64,000 nucleotides of DNA from Hormiphora californensis (lineage: Eukaryota; Animalia; Ctenophora). Positions 36,072-49,509 of the stretch are shown piece after piece; within the stretch, counting starts at the first letter, position 1; every line of letters begins with the position of its first letter. Under the pieces are notes generated by a model. That model had not been told where the DNA came from, searched no databases, and saw only the letters and a list, made by a program, of their open reading frames with translations. The DNA lies in the NCBI GenBank assembly GCA_020137815.1, contig CM035353.1:1550001-1614000 (forward strand), in the 5' to 3' direction. Made by a program: the position numbers and the translations under genes.

Positions 36072-37187
36072 ATGACAGATGGCAACGAGACCTTCACAGG
36101 AGAGGATGTTAGAGCAAAGCTCAGACAAGTGAAGAAGGATCTTCAAATCTCATACTCCGTCGTAAATAAGCCCAAAATTTACGACGAGAAAACGAATTTT
36201 CAGCAATATTTGAAGGAGTTCGAGGAGTACAAGGAAGTTACCTCAATGCCCGATGAGAGAACATACATCACTCTCCTTACATACCTGCCGGAGAAATGTA
36301 AAGATAAATTGAGGGATCTGAATCTCACGACAGAGGAAAAAGAAAATTGGAGGGAGGTGAGATCTCGGGTGATCGCAGCACTGACATCACCTACGTTGAA
36401 GCTAGCTGCAAAACTGGAACTGAGGCAGGCAACGCAACAGACAGAAGAATCAGTCATGGACTTCTACGTGCGTATCAGTTTTATCTCCAAATTTCTCGAC
36501 AATCCCGAGACGATCCCAGATACAGACGATCCCGACAACAACATCGAAAAAATGGTAAGAGAGCACGCAATTAAAGAGCAATTTATTGACGGACTAAGGG
36601 ACGAAACTATAGCGATCGAGCTTATCCAGGTTAAGCACGAAAACACCCTGCCACAATTGGCTGCGAAAGCAATGGCAATTGAACTCGCCAAAAAGGAAGC
36701 CAGAATATTCAGACAGTCAGAAGAACAGCAAAACGAGGAAGGAGGATTAGTGATACTGCCGGTGCAGCCAAGTGTAAACCCACCACCACAGGAGTGGGAC
36801 AATACCTCAACTACGGTAAACTTTGACGAAACTAGTTCGAGAGACATGTCATGGATAGACTGTTATAGATGCGGGGAATTTGGTCACTTTGCAAGAAATT
36901 GCAGAATAAAATACAATGGACCCCCGTCACCATGTCGACATTGCGGGTTGTGGCACTGGAACAACGAATGCAGAAGCTCGCAAAGAATGAGAGATGAATA
37001 CAGGAGAAGCATAGACTATCAAAGATCTCACTCAAACAATTGGGAGCACCAGTACGACACACCCGACCAGAAATCTCCAACCGCTTCCCATTACGAATCC
37101 GAGGACGAGGGACAACACCACAACCATGACAGACAAGGGATACACTCGGTGCACTTTGAGGAAGAAGATCAGCACTGCTGGTACTAG
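36072..37187 (+). CDS. gag: Gag-like protein (371 aa) with zinc knuckles
   Basis: Capsid-like Q...ESV.DF..R and FIDGL motifs; CYRCGEFGHFARNC (CCHC) and CRHCGLWHWNNEC. Confidence 0.9.
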   Translation: MTDGNETFTGEDVRAKLRQVKKDLQISYSVVNKPKIYDEKTNFQQYLKEFEEYKEVTSMPDERTYITLLTYLPEKCKDKLRDLNLTTEEKENWREVRSRVIAALTSPTLKLAAKLELRQATQQTEESVMDFYVRISFISKFLDNPETIPDTDDPDNNIEKMVREHAIKEQFIDGLRDETIAIELIQVKHENTLPQLAAKAMAIELAKKEARIFRQSEEQQNEEGGLVILPVQPSVNPPPQEWDNTSTTVNFDETSSRDMSWIDCYRCGEFGHFARNCRIKYNGPPSPCRHCGLWHWNNECRSSQRMRDEYRRSIDYQRSHSNNWEHQYDTPDQKSPTASHYESEDEGQHHNHDRQGIHSVHFEEEDQHCWY

Positions 37188-38777
37188 TCTTGCTTTCATG
37201 CCAAGACCAGTGGAGTCTTCCAGCTAAGAGGCGGAAGACACCAATCAAGGAGCTTCAGGCACTGAGTTACAAACAAAATTAGATGACATGCGGACTCACT
37301 ATATCTTCAAGTGCAAGGAGTAATCAAAGACATCCCAACTACCCCCAGTATAACCAGCATAAACCCTCATCGAGAAACCAGAAACAGAGAAAACAAAAAA
37401 AATGGCAAGAATGTTGAAGACAAGCAGTGCAGTACAGGCAGAGAACACTTTCAGTATTGCTCGCAACCCAGAGATCAACTCAAGCCCAAACCAAGAGGGG
37501 ACCACCAATCACCATACATACAGTGACCGACGACTGTAGTCTGAACTCCTTACTTTGGCCTACAGAAGCGCCGAGAACATACAGGAGGGAAGCTGACAGT
37601 CGACATCCAGGATACAGAAAAATGTGGATATGTAATTCACGAGCGACGGAACTGGGCCAATCAATAAGTGCAAGTTGCACTACAAAATGAGACGAGCAAG
37701 ATAGAAGTTACAGATGGCCATAATACACTGAGTACTGAAGTACACTACCCAGAACCACTGGAATTAATCCTACAAGACATCAGACGAAGGAAACTTCTAG
37801 TAAGATGGCCTGGACACCATTTGAGAAACATCTGAGGAATATCCGAGGAACGGTGGATTGGACACATTACCAAATACCCAAGACTGAAGAAACGTCCACC
37901 TACACCACCACAATAGAGTGCTGTCAAGGTCAAGGGATTACTTCGGCCCCTCGGTTTCCTGTTTCTAGCTGTCGATAGAGATCAAGATCGCCTCTACGAT
38001 TAGCTCATTGACATCAAGCTTTTTGGTCACGTGACAGGCCGATTTAGACCACGAAGCAGCGACACTAGCGACCACCGGGTGCAGCGTCCTAATGAGGACA
38101 ACTGAGCTAAACAGATGGCCTCGCAAAGACAAGCTCGTCAATATAACCAGGAAAGGGGAACAGCAAAGTCCAGCACCGCCCTTGCACATCAAGAAAAGCT
38201 GGAAGAGCGGAAATGACACCACCCAGACCGAGACTCAGATCGAAGTCATTAGCACCACCCGGGAGACCATCAGAACCACATAGGAAATCACGGTACAGCC
38301 TGTACCGTACAGACCACAGCCATAGGGCAACACGTGGAGTCCCCTATGGAGGTAGGACTCAGTGACTGTAACAAAAACATTACAAAACTATGGTTCGGAA
38401 GCCATACGTAAACCGCTGAATCAGGGACCCTTATCTCACCGGGAACAAAGCAGCTACAGGAACTAGGAAGACATTAGACTGTTCAAGCAGATTGAACAGC
38501 ACTAACAGAGTCCTCACAATTTCGGAACAGAAGTAGCCGAGTTTCAAGCATGAAACTATTCCGTTGAAAATTCAGAAGAGCTGAGTTATAGATAAACAGT
38601 TACCTGGGAAGGAGAATGAATTACCACAGAACATCAAAACAGCAGACTTTCAGAACAGTAGCTGAATAAAAGCGAACAGAAACAGGACAGAGAAAACATC
38701 CAGTACCCACACATGAATCAACTAAAGACACAGATCACAGTGGGAGATTGACAGCTGTAGCAACCACAACCCAGCTC

Positions 38778-39330
38778 AAACAGAAGTAAGAAGATTCTAC
38801 AGAGATGGAAACAAACAGAAGTAAGAAGATTCTACAGAGCTGGAAACAAACAGAAATAAGAAGATTCTACAGAGCTGGAAACAAACAGAAATAAGAAGAT
38901 TCTACAGAGCTGGAAGCAAACAGAAATAAGAAGATTCTACAGAGATGGAAACAAACAGAAATAAGAAGATTTTACAGAGCTGGAAACAAACTGAAGTAAG
39001 AAGATTCTACAGAGCTGGAAATTAAGAGAAGTAAGAAGATTTTACAGAGCTGGAAGCAAACTGAAGTAAGAAGATTCTACAGAGATGGAAACAAAGAAAA
39101 GTAAAAGATTCTACAGAGCTGGAAACAAACTGAAGTAAGAAGATTCTACAGAGCTGGAAATTAAGAGAAGTAAAAAGATTCTACAGAGCTAGAAGGAAAC
39201 AGAATTAAGAAGATTTGACAGAGCTAGAAGTTAACAGAATTAAGAAGATTTGACAAAGCTAGAAGCTAACAGAATTAAAAGACTTGACAGAGCTAGAAGC
39301 TAACAGAATTTGACAGAGCTAGAAGCTAGC
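38778..39330 (+). repeat. ~35-bp tandem repeat inside the LTR element
   Basis: About 15 copies of AAACAGAAGTAAGAAGATTCTACAGAGCTGGAAAC. Confidence 0.9.
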
Positions 39331-40139
39331 AGAAGGAGATTAGCAACAAACCTAAACATCTGGAAAAAGCCGGCATGTTCAACACAACCACTTCAACACC
39401 ATAGTAATTTGGTTTGGCCAACCAACTACAGAGAACCATGGACAAGAAAGATGGAAGGTTGACAACTCTTCCAGATGTTTGGAACGGATCCTCATCATCA
39501 TCAATATCATCATCAATATCAACATTAATACCATCATCAACAACATACATCAAACTAGAGGACACGGAGCACCGTGAGGAGACTACATACAAACAGGACA
39601 GCAGGAGCAATAACCCACTACTGCAGAGTGGAAGCAACATTTACCAAGGAGACAGAGAGATGTAGTAACAAACAACAATTTTCCCGGCCGGGAAGGAAAC
39701 ACATCAGAACGTTCGAGGAACTTCAAACAACAACTTCACACAGCAACTAACAGAAAGGGATCCCTACCAGAATTGTGAGAAAATAGAACAGAAAATAAAA
39801 CTGTTACAGAGAAAAATCACAGGGAAAGTGGCCCTAACGAAATCAGAATAATCGTTACTTGGAAGCAGAAAAATCAGAAACAGCGACCGTGACCATACCG
39901 ATTCAGAGATTAAAACGGGACGGCAAACAACATAACGCCTCGACGGAGGCTCGCTTTGAGCAGCCAGGTTCGAGAGCAGCCAGCTGGTAACATGTCAAGT
40001 GAAGACATCGGTCACACAAAACAGGACATAGGAGAATTACAACGTCGCAAGAAGTAGTAGTACACCGAAACGGACACCTACACCAAACCAAGTTGCGACC
40101 TAGTCTACATTCAGGACACCACAATTCGGAGTTTCAGCA

Positions 40140-41135
40140 GTGATATCAGATATCGAGAAGGACAGTGCTCTGTTTCATGGGACCCGAGATAAACAGCAGC
40201 ATGGACACCATCAGGACTGAAGCCCTAGGGGACGACCGCACACCTCATTTGGAGTTAGAGGGCATGAGGATTGAGGACAGCGTGCTCTTGGCTGCGCTTT
40301 CAACACCAATACTGGAGACTGCTGGTATGCACCGATAGCAAGTCCTACCCCTTAAAGGGAGGTTTCCCCTGTGACCTGGTATGGCACCAGCTCCCCAAGT
40401 CTCTTTGGGCCGAAGCAGTTGGCAACATACCAGCCACACCACCCAGGACCGGGAACGGGAGCCCCATGGCACCCACCCCTTACTGGCTAGTGCTTCGCAC
40501 TAGCCGGCGTCCTCCCAGAAGAAGAAGAAGATAGCAAGTCTTTATGTGACAGCATAACGAGTACAAACCCGACAGCAACAATAATCGGACTACTACACAG
40601 TATGGCTGAATGCAGAGCAGACATAACCAATCAGTGGATCCCCAGCCACGTGGACGTTCTGGGCAACGAACTAGCTTATAAGGCAGCCAAGGACGCAACC
40701 TCTCTGGAGACGGAGAGCAGGGTGAGATGCCAGTATCCTCTGCAGACGCGAAAGCCCACATACGGCGGGAAGTAAAGGACGAGCCGGTCAAACACGCAAG
40801 AACAGCAGAGACATGTAAAATTATATCAAGAACACAGACAAGGACATCAGGTCGCGGAAGGACCAAGCGCTTCTAGCTCGTCTTCGGTCCGGACACCATA
40901 ATGGATTCCGAGCCTACCAACATCGTATAGACGAGAATGTGGCCAAACTGCCCTGAACAGAATCAAGACCTACAGCACTGGCTGTAGGACTATAACAGAA
41001 CTGCTGGAAAAAATGAGGATTTTCGGGATAACAAGGACGACACTAGACTTCTTATCGTCCAACTCGAGGGAACAGTAGAGCTGGCGAGGAGCACGCTCAT
41101 CGGCCCTAATTCTCCCTAGAACAACACCAACAGTG
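40140..41135 (+). pseudogene. Decayed 3' end of a non-LTR retrotransposon (RNase H plus C-terminal Cys/His region) inside the LTR element
   Basis: QWIPSHVDVLGNELAYKAAK (RNase H) near 40632; DQALLARLRSGHHNGFRAYQHRID near 40861; QDLQHWL; short CAA-type tail near 41120. Confidence 0.7.
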
Positions 41136-44100
41136 CTGTTTACAAATCAAGGAAATCCGGAAAGAGGGGACCACAGCTCTATCAAAAGAGGAACACATCA
41201 AGGATATTACTTCGGGACTAGGGTCGCTTGTAGTCAAGCGACCAAAGCGGTGAAGAGTATCCCACTAACCCAGTGACGAATCTACTAGACAAATTCAAGA
41301 CTTTCAGACAGACCATAAGGGAACAAAAAGTACCCGGATACAAGAGGACTAGCTGAGAGAAAAATCAAGATCGTTCACAGGATAGGAGGACCCTGGTACA
41401 ACAGCTTAAACACGCATCAAACAGAAATGTTACTCAGTTTGAGAAACTACAAGGAGACGATGACAAAACATCAGCCAATCGATGACAAGATGGATGAATT
41501 CAACGAGATGGATGAATTCAGAGAGCCCCATCACAGATCACTTATCGCCCAGGACACATTTTGGGCCTACAAAATGGCTAAGCCGAAAATGAAGAACTGT
41601 CGAGGAGCATCGAAGGACTATCAGAACTACTCAAGGAAGTACTGAAGGGAATAGATGAGTTGGCGAGGAGAACCTTACTCGGACAAAACCAGTACCAACA
41701 GCGTCACTGATGCAGTAAACTTGGACAAAAGCAACCCTAGGAAGCACAGTAGAGAGGAAGCCATCATCTTGGGCACAGATTGAAATCCAAAGAACACGAC
41801 AGACAACAAGTAGCTGAGACTGAAACTGGTGACAAAATATCGGAAGCATGGAAACAGCCAACAGGTCGAAGGAATTCCGTGGAGTATTACCTCCGGAAAT
41901 GCCATCCCTAGCGGTACCACAGCTATATCCGAGCACCACCCAGAACAAGACAGACATGATCCGAGATAACCTAAAATACCATCAGTCAAGTACACTCTGA
42001 CTCAGGACTCAGAAAAAGATCAACTCAAATTTGAAGCCTCGGGACTCAGACGTCAGTGATTCATTCGCTTTCTGGCGAGTAGGAAGATTTCAAATGAGAA
42101 AAACTCTATCTTAGATAGTATCTAGTTCAACAAAACGGATGAACAACGGAGCGAGTAAAACAGAGTACAAACCCAGCACTGTAACCAATCGTCAGACAAG
42201 ATCAACAACATGGATACAGGCAGAAGTTAGAGGAACCCTTTGACGAAAAATCGTGGTTAACCAACCAATACAGAATTCAGACAAGTTGGTACTTAGCAGC
42301 ACAAACAGCAGTTACAATCATCGGGAGACAGTGCTAGCTACTCCAAGATATATTGGACCTGATACCTCAGACACACCGTAAGGTGAAACCAGACTACAAA
42401 ACTATCGACAAACAGAGACAAGCAGAGACACACATTACCCAACGTCAGGACCCACGCTATTGAACATGAAAAGTCAGGACTACCATCACTGCTGGGACAA
42501 CTCAAGTCTTCCAAACGGTCAAAATGTTGCCAGCTGATAAACAGAGTGGACAAACAAACATTGAAGCAGTACAACAAGACAGTATCATGGTGAACCATTC
42601 ACCAACACCAAGACACAAAGACAAATCTGTAGAGGACTTTAACAGTAGACTTTCTGACTCTGAAAAGTTTAGACAGAGAGGAGGATGTAGTATCACTCAT
42701 TTAACAGAGGCACAGATATCAAAACAGAACGGAACAGAACGGACAAACGAATTGGAAAAGAGACACCATGACAGAAAGAGACAGAACATAAACAGAGAAA
42801 CAGAGAAACAAGATAACGGAATACACGTAGACAGGTATAGAGACAGTAAAGGGAACGATCGTCGACCAGATGTAGTACGGACAGTAGAACTCTTTATTTT
42901 TTTAGAACATTAAGACTCGTTTTAAAAAGGAGGGGTGAATGTAGGGATTAAATCTTATATCTTAGTTAGCTGATATTGATTACATCGGACACCAGCCTGA
43001 AAGAGTTAGATAACTAGAGCACCATGATGTGATCAGGTCGGGTCAGATGTAAACATGTCGGGAGAAAATATAGAGACAGAAGTCTGTTATGAGTCAAGAG
43101 TTATAGTTCCAATGATCACATTTGTGTGAACATTTGAGGCGATAGCTCAGAGAGATAACTCGCCGAAATGATCACAATAGACCGCTCGTGTTGGTGGAGC
43201 TTTAGTCACCAATCAGGTAATCAGTGTGAGACCAGTACGAGACGGGACAGTATATAAGACCAGGACTGTAGAGCACATCTTACGATCATCTGACGATCAT
43301 CTTAGAACGACTTAGACTTACAGTTGTATATCTTGAGTGACATTGTAACATTATCACTATTAGACTCCCAAAAGACAACGACTCATTACTTGGTACCAAC
43401 ATCAGCCATCCAGCGACAGACATCAATATACGAGACAGCCAACAATCCACTCCTAACAACACAACACGAACTAACTGGGTTATACCGAAACATAAGACAA
43501 ATAGTAAACACAACAACACTGCTGTCTGTTCTGAACACTGTTGTCTGTTCTAAACACTGCTGTCTGTAATTCTGAACACTGCTGTCTGTTCTGAACACTG
43601 CTGTCTGTTCTGAACACTGCTGTCTGTTCTGAACACTGTTGTCCGTTCTGAACACAGTTCTCTGTTCTGAACACTGCTGTCTGTTCTGAACACTATTGTC
43701 TGTTCTGAACACTGCTGTCTGTTCTGAACACTGTTGTCTGTTCTGAACACTGCTGTATGAACCCCCCCTCCCCCAACATCAGTTTTGGAGGTCGTGTAAC
43801 TTGTTGAGTAAGGGGGAACTCAACAACGTGTAACACAAAAGAACGGAGCTTTTCTTAATTGCACCTTTTCGAGACGACTCCAACGCAACCAGAGTCCAGA
43901 AGCGGCACTAGACAGGTTCAGTAGGGGGGTTCTCAGACCACAGTCTGACAAGACTCGTGTTGGTCGCATTCGATCAGATCATCAAATCTGTCCGTCTATA
44001 ATGTGTCTATAGACTATAAATAGTCCGTTGGTACTGCCCGCAAATTACCTGTTAACCGTCCCCGGGCCCCTCAAATTTGGTGCGATAAAGAGACTCGACA

Positions 44101-45309
44101 ATGCATATTCTCTTTACTCTGCCAGGATCGAATTATTGAATTAACACATATCTTTCATCCTTGTACAGCATTGTTATATTGTGATCGGACCCCCGATTTA
44201 CCGGGATGCTGGGGGAAAGGGTTTTGTCCGGTATATCGGGGTGCCCGGTATATCGGGGTCAAATACTGTTAATATCCTATATCGGGGGAAGATTATCCTC
44301 CTGGTAAATCAGGGTTCCGGTAAATCGGGGTTCCGGTAAATCGGGGTTCTGGTAAATCGGGGTTCCGGTAAATCGGGGTTCCGGTAAATCGGGGTCCGAT
44401 CACTGTATATCCACACTGAATTATGTTACATTACAGCTGTAGCTTTCTGTCCCCAGTAATCTACCTTATAACTGAAGTACTCTTGCATGTACATACATGA
44501 TCATCATGATGATGTCTATCAGGAACCGACCGAATCAGGAAATACTTGTCCCTGATTGGCTGATAACCAGTCACGTGACCTAAATAACGAGTTCTGATTG
44601 GCTGTTTACTTGTTTCGGTCGGTTCCTGATGTCTATACTTATAGCTACAACATCCTTTCGACTAGACTAGTATACTATGCTAATACCCTAGTAGCGAGTG
44701 CTACTGCTAGACGCTATTATTATAGTGCTACAGCTAGGCACATGCTATTGCTCGAATAGTATTATTTTGGCAGTTAATTATATTCCAGTTCTCCTTGAGT
44801 AATCTTTGAAACAGCTTCAAGTTCAAGTTCAATTGCTCAACGGCTGCACGAATATATTTCACACATATTACGTGTAGCCTGCAGGAGCATAATTCACTGT
44901 GTCCCGTCTAATTTGATCTGATCGCTAGAGCACGTTCTTGATGTTCAACGCTGTGTGTCCAAACGCAATATCACCTATATGTGTATCAAAAGCCTAGAAA
45001 TGTGTATCAAAAGCCTATATGTGTATCAAAAGCCTAGAAATTCTAGAGGCTCTCCCCTTGATATTCTAATACAAGGGGAGACCCTATAATGGAGCTGCTG
45101 TTATTCTTGATTGATTCTTCGCCGATCAGTGATCACTGACTACTGAGCGATATAATTATAAAGTCACACACTTTTTAGCGCCAAACTGGTGTGTGTCACA
45201 CACCAATTTGGTGCTAAAAAGTATGTGACTTTATTATATCGCTCAGTGATACATGGTAGAGTCACACACTGTGTGACTTTACCGCTAACCATGTACCGCC
45301 AGATACCTC

Positions 45310-48300
45310 ATGAACAATATAACGGGTCACATGATAACTTGGGAACACAGCTTATTCCTGGGAACACTTTTATCAACCATTGGTCTATCTATCGTGGTTA
45401 GGTGAGTCATATCCTTGTTGTTATTTTGTACTCTTTGAATTTTAACAAAACAATGTTTAGTAATTTTGACTAAACAATGTTTAGTAAACATCCTTCACCC
45501 GTTAAATCTATAATAGAGCGCGATACCTGACCTCACCGCAAGAAGGGGTCCGCGTGTGTATTCTAATCTCTGATCCTGCAGCAACTCTCTGTTGATACTC
45601 AGCCTGTTCAAGTTACCAACATGGAAGGGGAGTCATATGTTAGTACTGGTGTTAGCTGGGAATGATATCCTTGTTGGGTTAGTGGTGATTCCTGCATCCC
45701 TTCCACACCTCTTCACACATTTTCAGGTATATAGTGACATACTCAGTCTTACTTTTGGCCATTTTTTATAATATAGGGAGCTCCTAGATCTAACATCCGC
45801 CCTATAATACTCTCTCTATTGTATTGTGTTTTGCAGGTTGGTATTGATGGTGGTTGGTGTTCAGTACCACATCACTACCATTCCATCCCTTTGCAGGTTG
45901 GTATTGATGGTGGTTGGTGTTCAGTAACTGGCCTAGTGACGTCATTCAACGTGACTGTCAGTGTTCTCATGGTCATGTGCTTATCTGTTGATAGGTAAAC
46001 CTGCATTCACTCTCTATTATAGCAATTCATTCTAAAATCCAATTAAAATATCCAACTTGGATCTGAAAAAAGGGCAATATTCAATTTGGATTCCAAATTA
46101 AATATTGCCCCTTTTTCAGACTTGTGGCCCTATTATAGTGGCTAGTACGGGCCCCCGTAATCCGCCGCAGCGGATTACGGGGGCCCGGATGAGATGCCCA
46201 TACCAGACGCCCGTACCAGCAGCCCGTACATCTGCTTTGCGCAATAATGAAAGGTCACGTGATAAGACCTAGTGCACAGGGATAGCCTGTGACTGCGCAC
46301 ATGTGATAGATAACAGTGCAGCCAATCAGAATGCAGCTAGTGAGTGAGAGAGAGAGCAAGATAGTAACGCGCGGCGCATTGGCACGTGCATCTTGGGCGC
46401 TGGCAGGATTTTACATGTTGTAACATATTACAGCCAATCAGAATGCAGCTAGTGAGTGAGAGAGAGCAAGAGAGTACGGGCTGCTGGTACGGGCGGACGG
46501 CGGTTGGTCCGGGATATTTTTCTGCCCCCGTAATCCCCTGGGGCTCTTCGACGACACTTAATAAATAAGCTCTCTTTAGAGTTACACAAGGAAAATTTTT
46601 CAGACTTGTCTCGAGAGGGGTGTCGTCGAACGCTTTCCAAAACTTCACTTTAGGTCCTTGGTGTGAACCACGTGTATACCACGTGAAGCCCCGGATCACC
46701 CCTCGTGTATGGGTGTAGAAAACCAATCAGGGGATCGAAACTGGACACGTGATAGGATTTCCATTACATGGGTTTACACAGGCGTCAATTTGGTCACGTG
46801 TAGGGTTCACCAGCCAATAGTGTTAGCGAGATATCACACCAGATTGGGGGTGAAGAAGAAGTTTGACTTCCATTTCTCAAGATTCAAGAAATTTGAAATC
46901 TTCAAAGCTCTGTGTACTCTTAAAGTAGCTGACAATGTATGTTATAGCGGACGAATAGAGATCTAACATTGATTGTTCATTAATCATTATGAAAAATCAA
47001 TAAACCTATACACTTATTACTTGCAATATTATTTAGGCCATGTGAGATGCATCTCACATGGCCTAAATAATATTGCAAGTAATCATTTAGATGAATGTAG
47101 ATAGGCTGCTAGATGAAGAGATAAACAGTGAAAGTAAAGTAGTAGTTCTCTGTTCATCTTGCCCTGCCAGAAGGAAAACAACTGAGTTCATCCACATCTG
47201 TGAGAGTCTAATACAGATTTGTTGAGTAAGGGGGGGGGGGGGGGAGTAAGGGGGAGTAAGGGGGAGTAAGGGGGAGTAAGGGGGAACAACTACAAATACA
47301 GATGGTGTATGCAGCATGGGCTTGGCTGAAACCCCAAACTAGTGCCTCAATATTGTGGTTGAGTAGAGATAGCTAACTGGGGGACAAGGAGTGCCATTTT
47401 ATCTTTTTTCTACACGCGGGAATCAAAATATACACTGTTTTGTAGCACGTGTATACCACGTGAAGCCCCGGATCACCCCCCCCCCCCCCCCCCCCCGGGG
47501 GCAGACCAGGACAGAGGGAGCGAGAGGAGAGAGAAAAGGACTTTGAGATTTTCTTTGAGAATTTTGATTTTAGAGTTGTCGGGAGAGGGAGAGACGTTCT
47601 TGAGACTTTTCTGAGGGAGAATCTGACAATTCAGCGGGAACACCCAGCTCTGAATGATTGCCAGACGAATGGTTTCGTGTTCTGATTGGTTCTGATTGGC
47701 TCATGTCACAGCCGCTAGACCCAGAGTATGATCCCATCCGATGTCAGATTTCAGAGGTGGTGCAACCACTAATTGCTAGAAACAGTTCTGATTAGGATTC
47801 GAGTGTCAAGTGTCGGGCTATAAATGTGTGTCACTATGAACAGTTTATTTCTTTCACTGATGAGGGCTATTTTACGCCGAAACGTCTGTTTTGCTATTGA
47901 AATTTGTTCACCTTTGTAACATCCCGAGTCTTCTATGCCTGACCAAACTTCGAACCACGTGAGATCAATACAGGGATCACCCCCTCAACCTGTTTTGTAG
48001 CATCTTTTACTTGCCAGCGCAGTCTTGTCTACCATTAAGTCTCCTCTGGAGGAGACTTAACAAACCTCACTTTACTCGATATTTGAGTGACATATTGCGT
48101 GAACTATGACGTCATTGTCGCTTCAATTTGGCCCAAATCACGTGATTTTACCACGTGATTAGGGAGTTACGCAAGGTTTGGAGAGCTTGTGTAAAACTTC
48201 ACTTACTACCCCTCAATTTTCACTAAGCAAGATTCCTAAACAGTTTCGTCGACACAAACCATGCTTAAGGGGTGTGAAAATCAATTAGAAGGTGTGAAAG

Positions 48301-49509
48301 GAGAGTTACGCAACGTTTTTAAGTGTGCTTAAAGTTTCGTCGAAGAGCCCCTGACACATGTTTCTCTTGCAGGCTTGTGGCTGTAACCATGCCGATAAGA
48401 TACAGGAACGCTCCATGCAACGTCATAACGGGAGCTGTTATTGCCTTTGTCGGTGTAGAAAGTTTATCATTCAGTGTTCTACCCCTTTTTAGTGGGGGAT
48501 ACAGGTAAATAGGACTCACATTCAGGTCACGGCTATTTAGCCCTAAGACCTGCAAGATCTAATAAGGATATTCTTGGCTATTCCTAGAAAATTCCCCTGA
48601 AATATCAGGGAATAGCCGTCTCTGAGCCCTAAGAATCTCGGTGAGAGGTCTCAGTGGTTAATAGCCGCGTGAGCCGTGACGGCGACCTGAAACTTCAGAC
48701 ACATAGCGTGTGACTACAATTGTATTTTCAATATACCCATGATAATCTTGATTGATTATAATAATCAATGATAATAATCAGTGATAATCATGCACATTGT
48801 GATGTATGCTAGCAGTAAAACGTTTTACTTTGATTTTTAATCACTGATTTTTCTTTACAGGTTCAGACCAGGTCTATCAATTTGTGCCAAAGTTCTGGGC
48901 TCGGACAAATCTAATATCTTTAGTATTCTCTACTACATTCTGTGTGTTGTGCTACCCCTTTGCACAGTTCTCATCTGCAGCTCCATCATCGTGTGCTTCC
49001 TCAACAATAAAACTAAAATTACCCCACAGTACGTGTGTCAACATCATTAAATTCAAAGAGTATATTGTGTCCAACGCCGTTTATTTGTTGATTAATAACG
49101 ATCAACAACTGTTTATTATTACAATTACACCCATTGCATATAGTATATAATGTAATATTTTCAGAGTGAGGTCGGCTACCATCACCATTCTGCTAATAGT
49201 TGGAGGTTACATTGGGTGTGTTACACCCTACACTCTTACATTTGTTGCCCGTAATACAGCCCTCGTGGCAGGGCTCCACCCCTCTTGGCCAAGATACTGT
49301 AAGTTTTGTCTGCACCTTTCTGTCTCTGTCTCTGTCTTTCTGTCGCTCTGTCTATCTGCGTTTATCTCATTCTAATCTTATATTTGCTAGGTTTGGTTAT
49401 CACATACTGCAACTCTCTCCTAAACCCCTGCATCTACCTTGCCCGGTCTACTCAAGTAAGGCAGCACACTGTGAGAGTGGTCCGTCGTCTCACAGCTGAT
49501 ACCAGATGA
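45310..49509 (+). CDS. Rhodopsin-like (class A) orphan GPCR, 7 coding exons
   Basis: N-glycosylated N-terminus (MNNIT), TM1 SNSL, TM2 LAGND, ECL1/TM3 WC...SVDRL, P.RY, TM6 C.TPY, TM7 NSLLNPCIY; stop at 49507-49509. All introns are GT-AG and in phase. Confidence 0.9.
47497..47950 (+). mobile_element. 5'-truncated Penelope-like element fragment in GPCR intron 3
   Basis: ORF end ...NFDFRVVGRGRDVLETFLRENLTIQREHPALN resembles the GIY-YIG C-terminus. It is followed by ATTGG boxes, TATAAA and a hammerhead core, as in a PLE pseudo-LTR. Confidence 0.7.
47845..47903 (+). ncRNA. Minimal type I hammerhead ribozyme
   Basis: CTGATGA (47857) - G GGC tattttac GCC - GAAA - CGTC, predicted cleavage after 47886; located in a PLE-like context. 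Confidence 0.65.

Larger units (their letters stand above)
35386..43515 (+). mobile_element. LTR retroelement (Ty3/Gypsy-type features), gag-only and non-autonomous
   Basis: 576-bp LTRs at 35386-35961 and 42940-43515 (TG...CA; no differences seen by eye), 4-bp TSD ACAC, PBS TGGTGCTGTGACC (tRNA-His-like) after the 5' LTR, and PPT AAAAAGGAGGGGTGAA before the 3' LTR. Confidence 0.95.
34945..43757. repeat. 19-bp satellite (GAACACTG[C/T]TGTCTGTTCT) at 34945-35385 and 43516-43757, split by the LTR element
   Basis: The same unit lies on both flanks of the insertion. Confidence 0.9.

Noticed and set aside
37190-42920. A pol or env gene in the LTR element
   Set aside because: Only short ORFs; no protease, YxDD RT or integrase motifs recognised.
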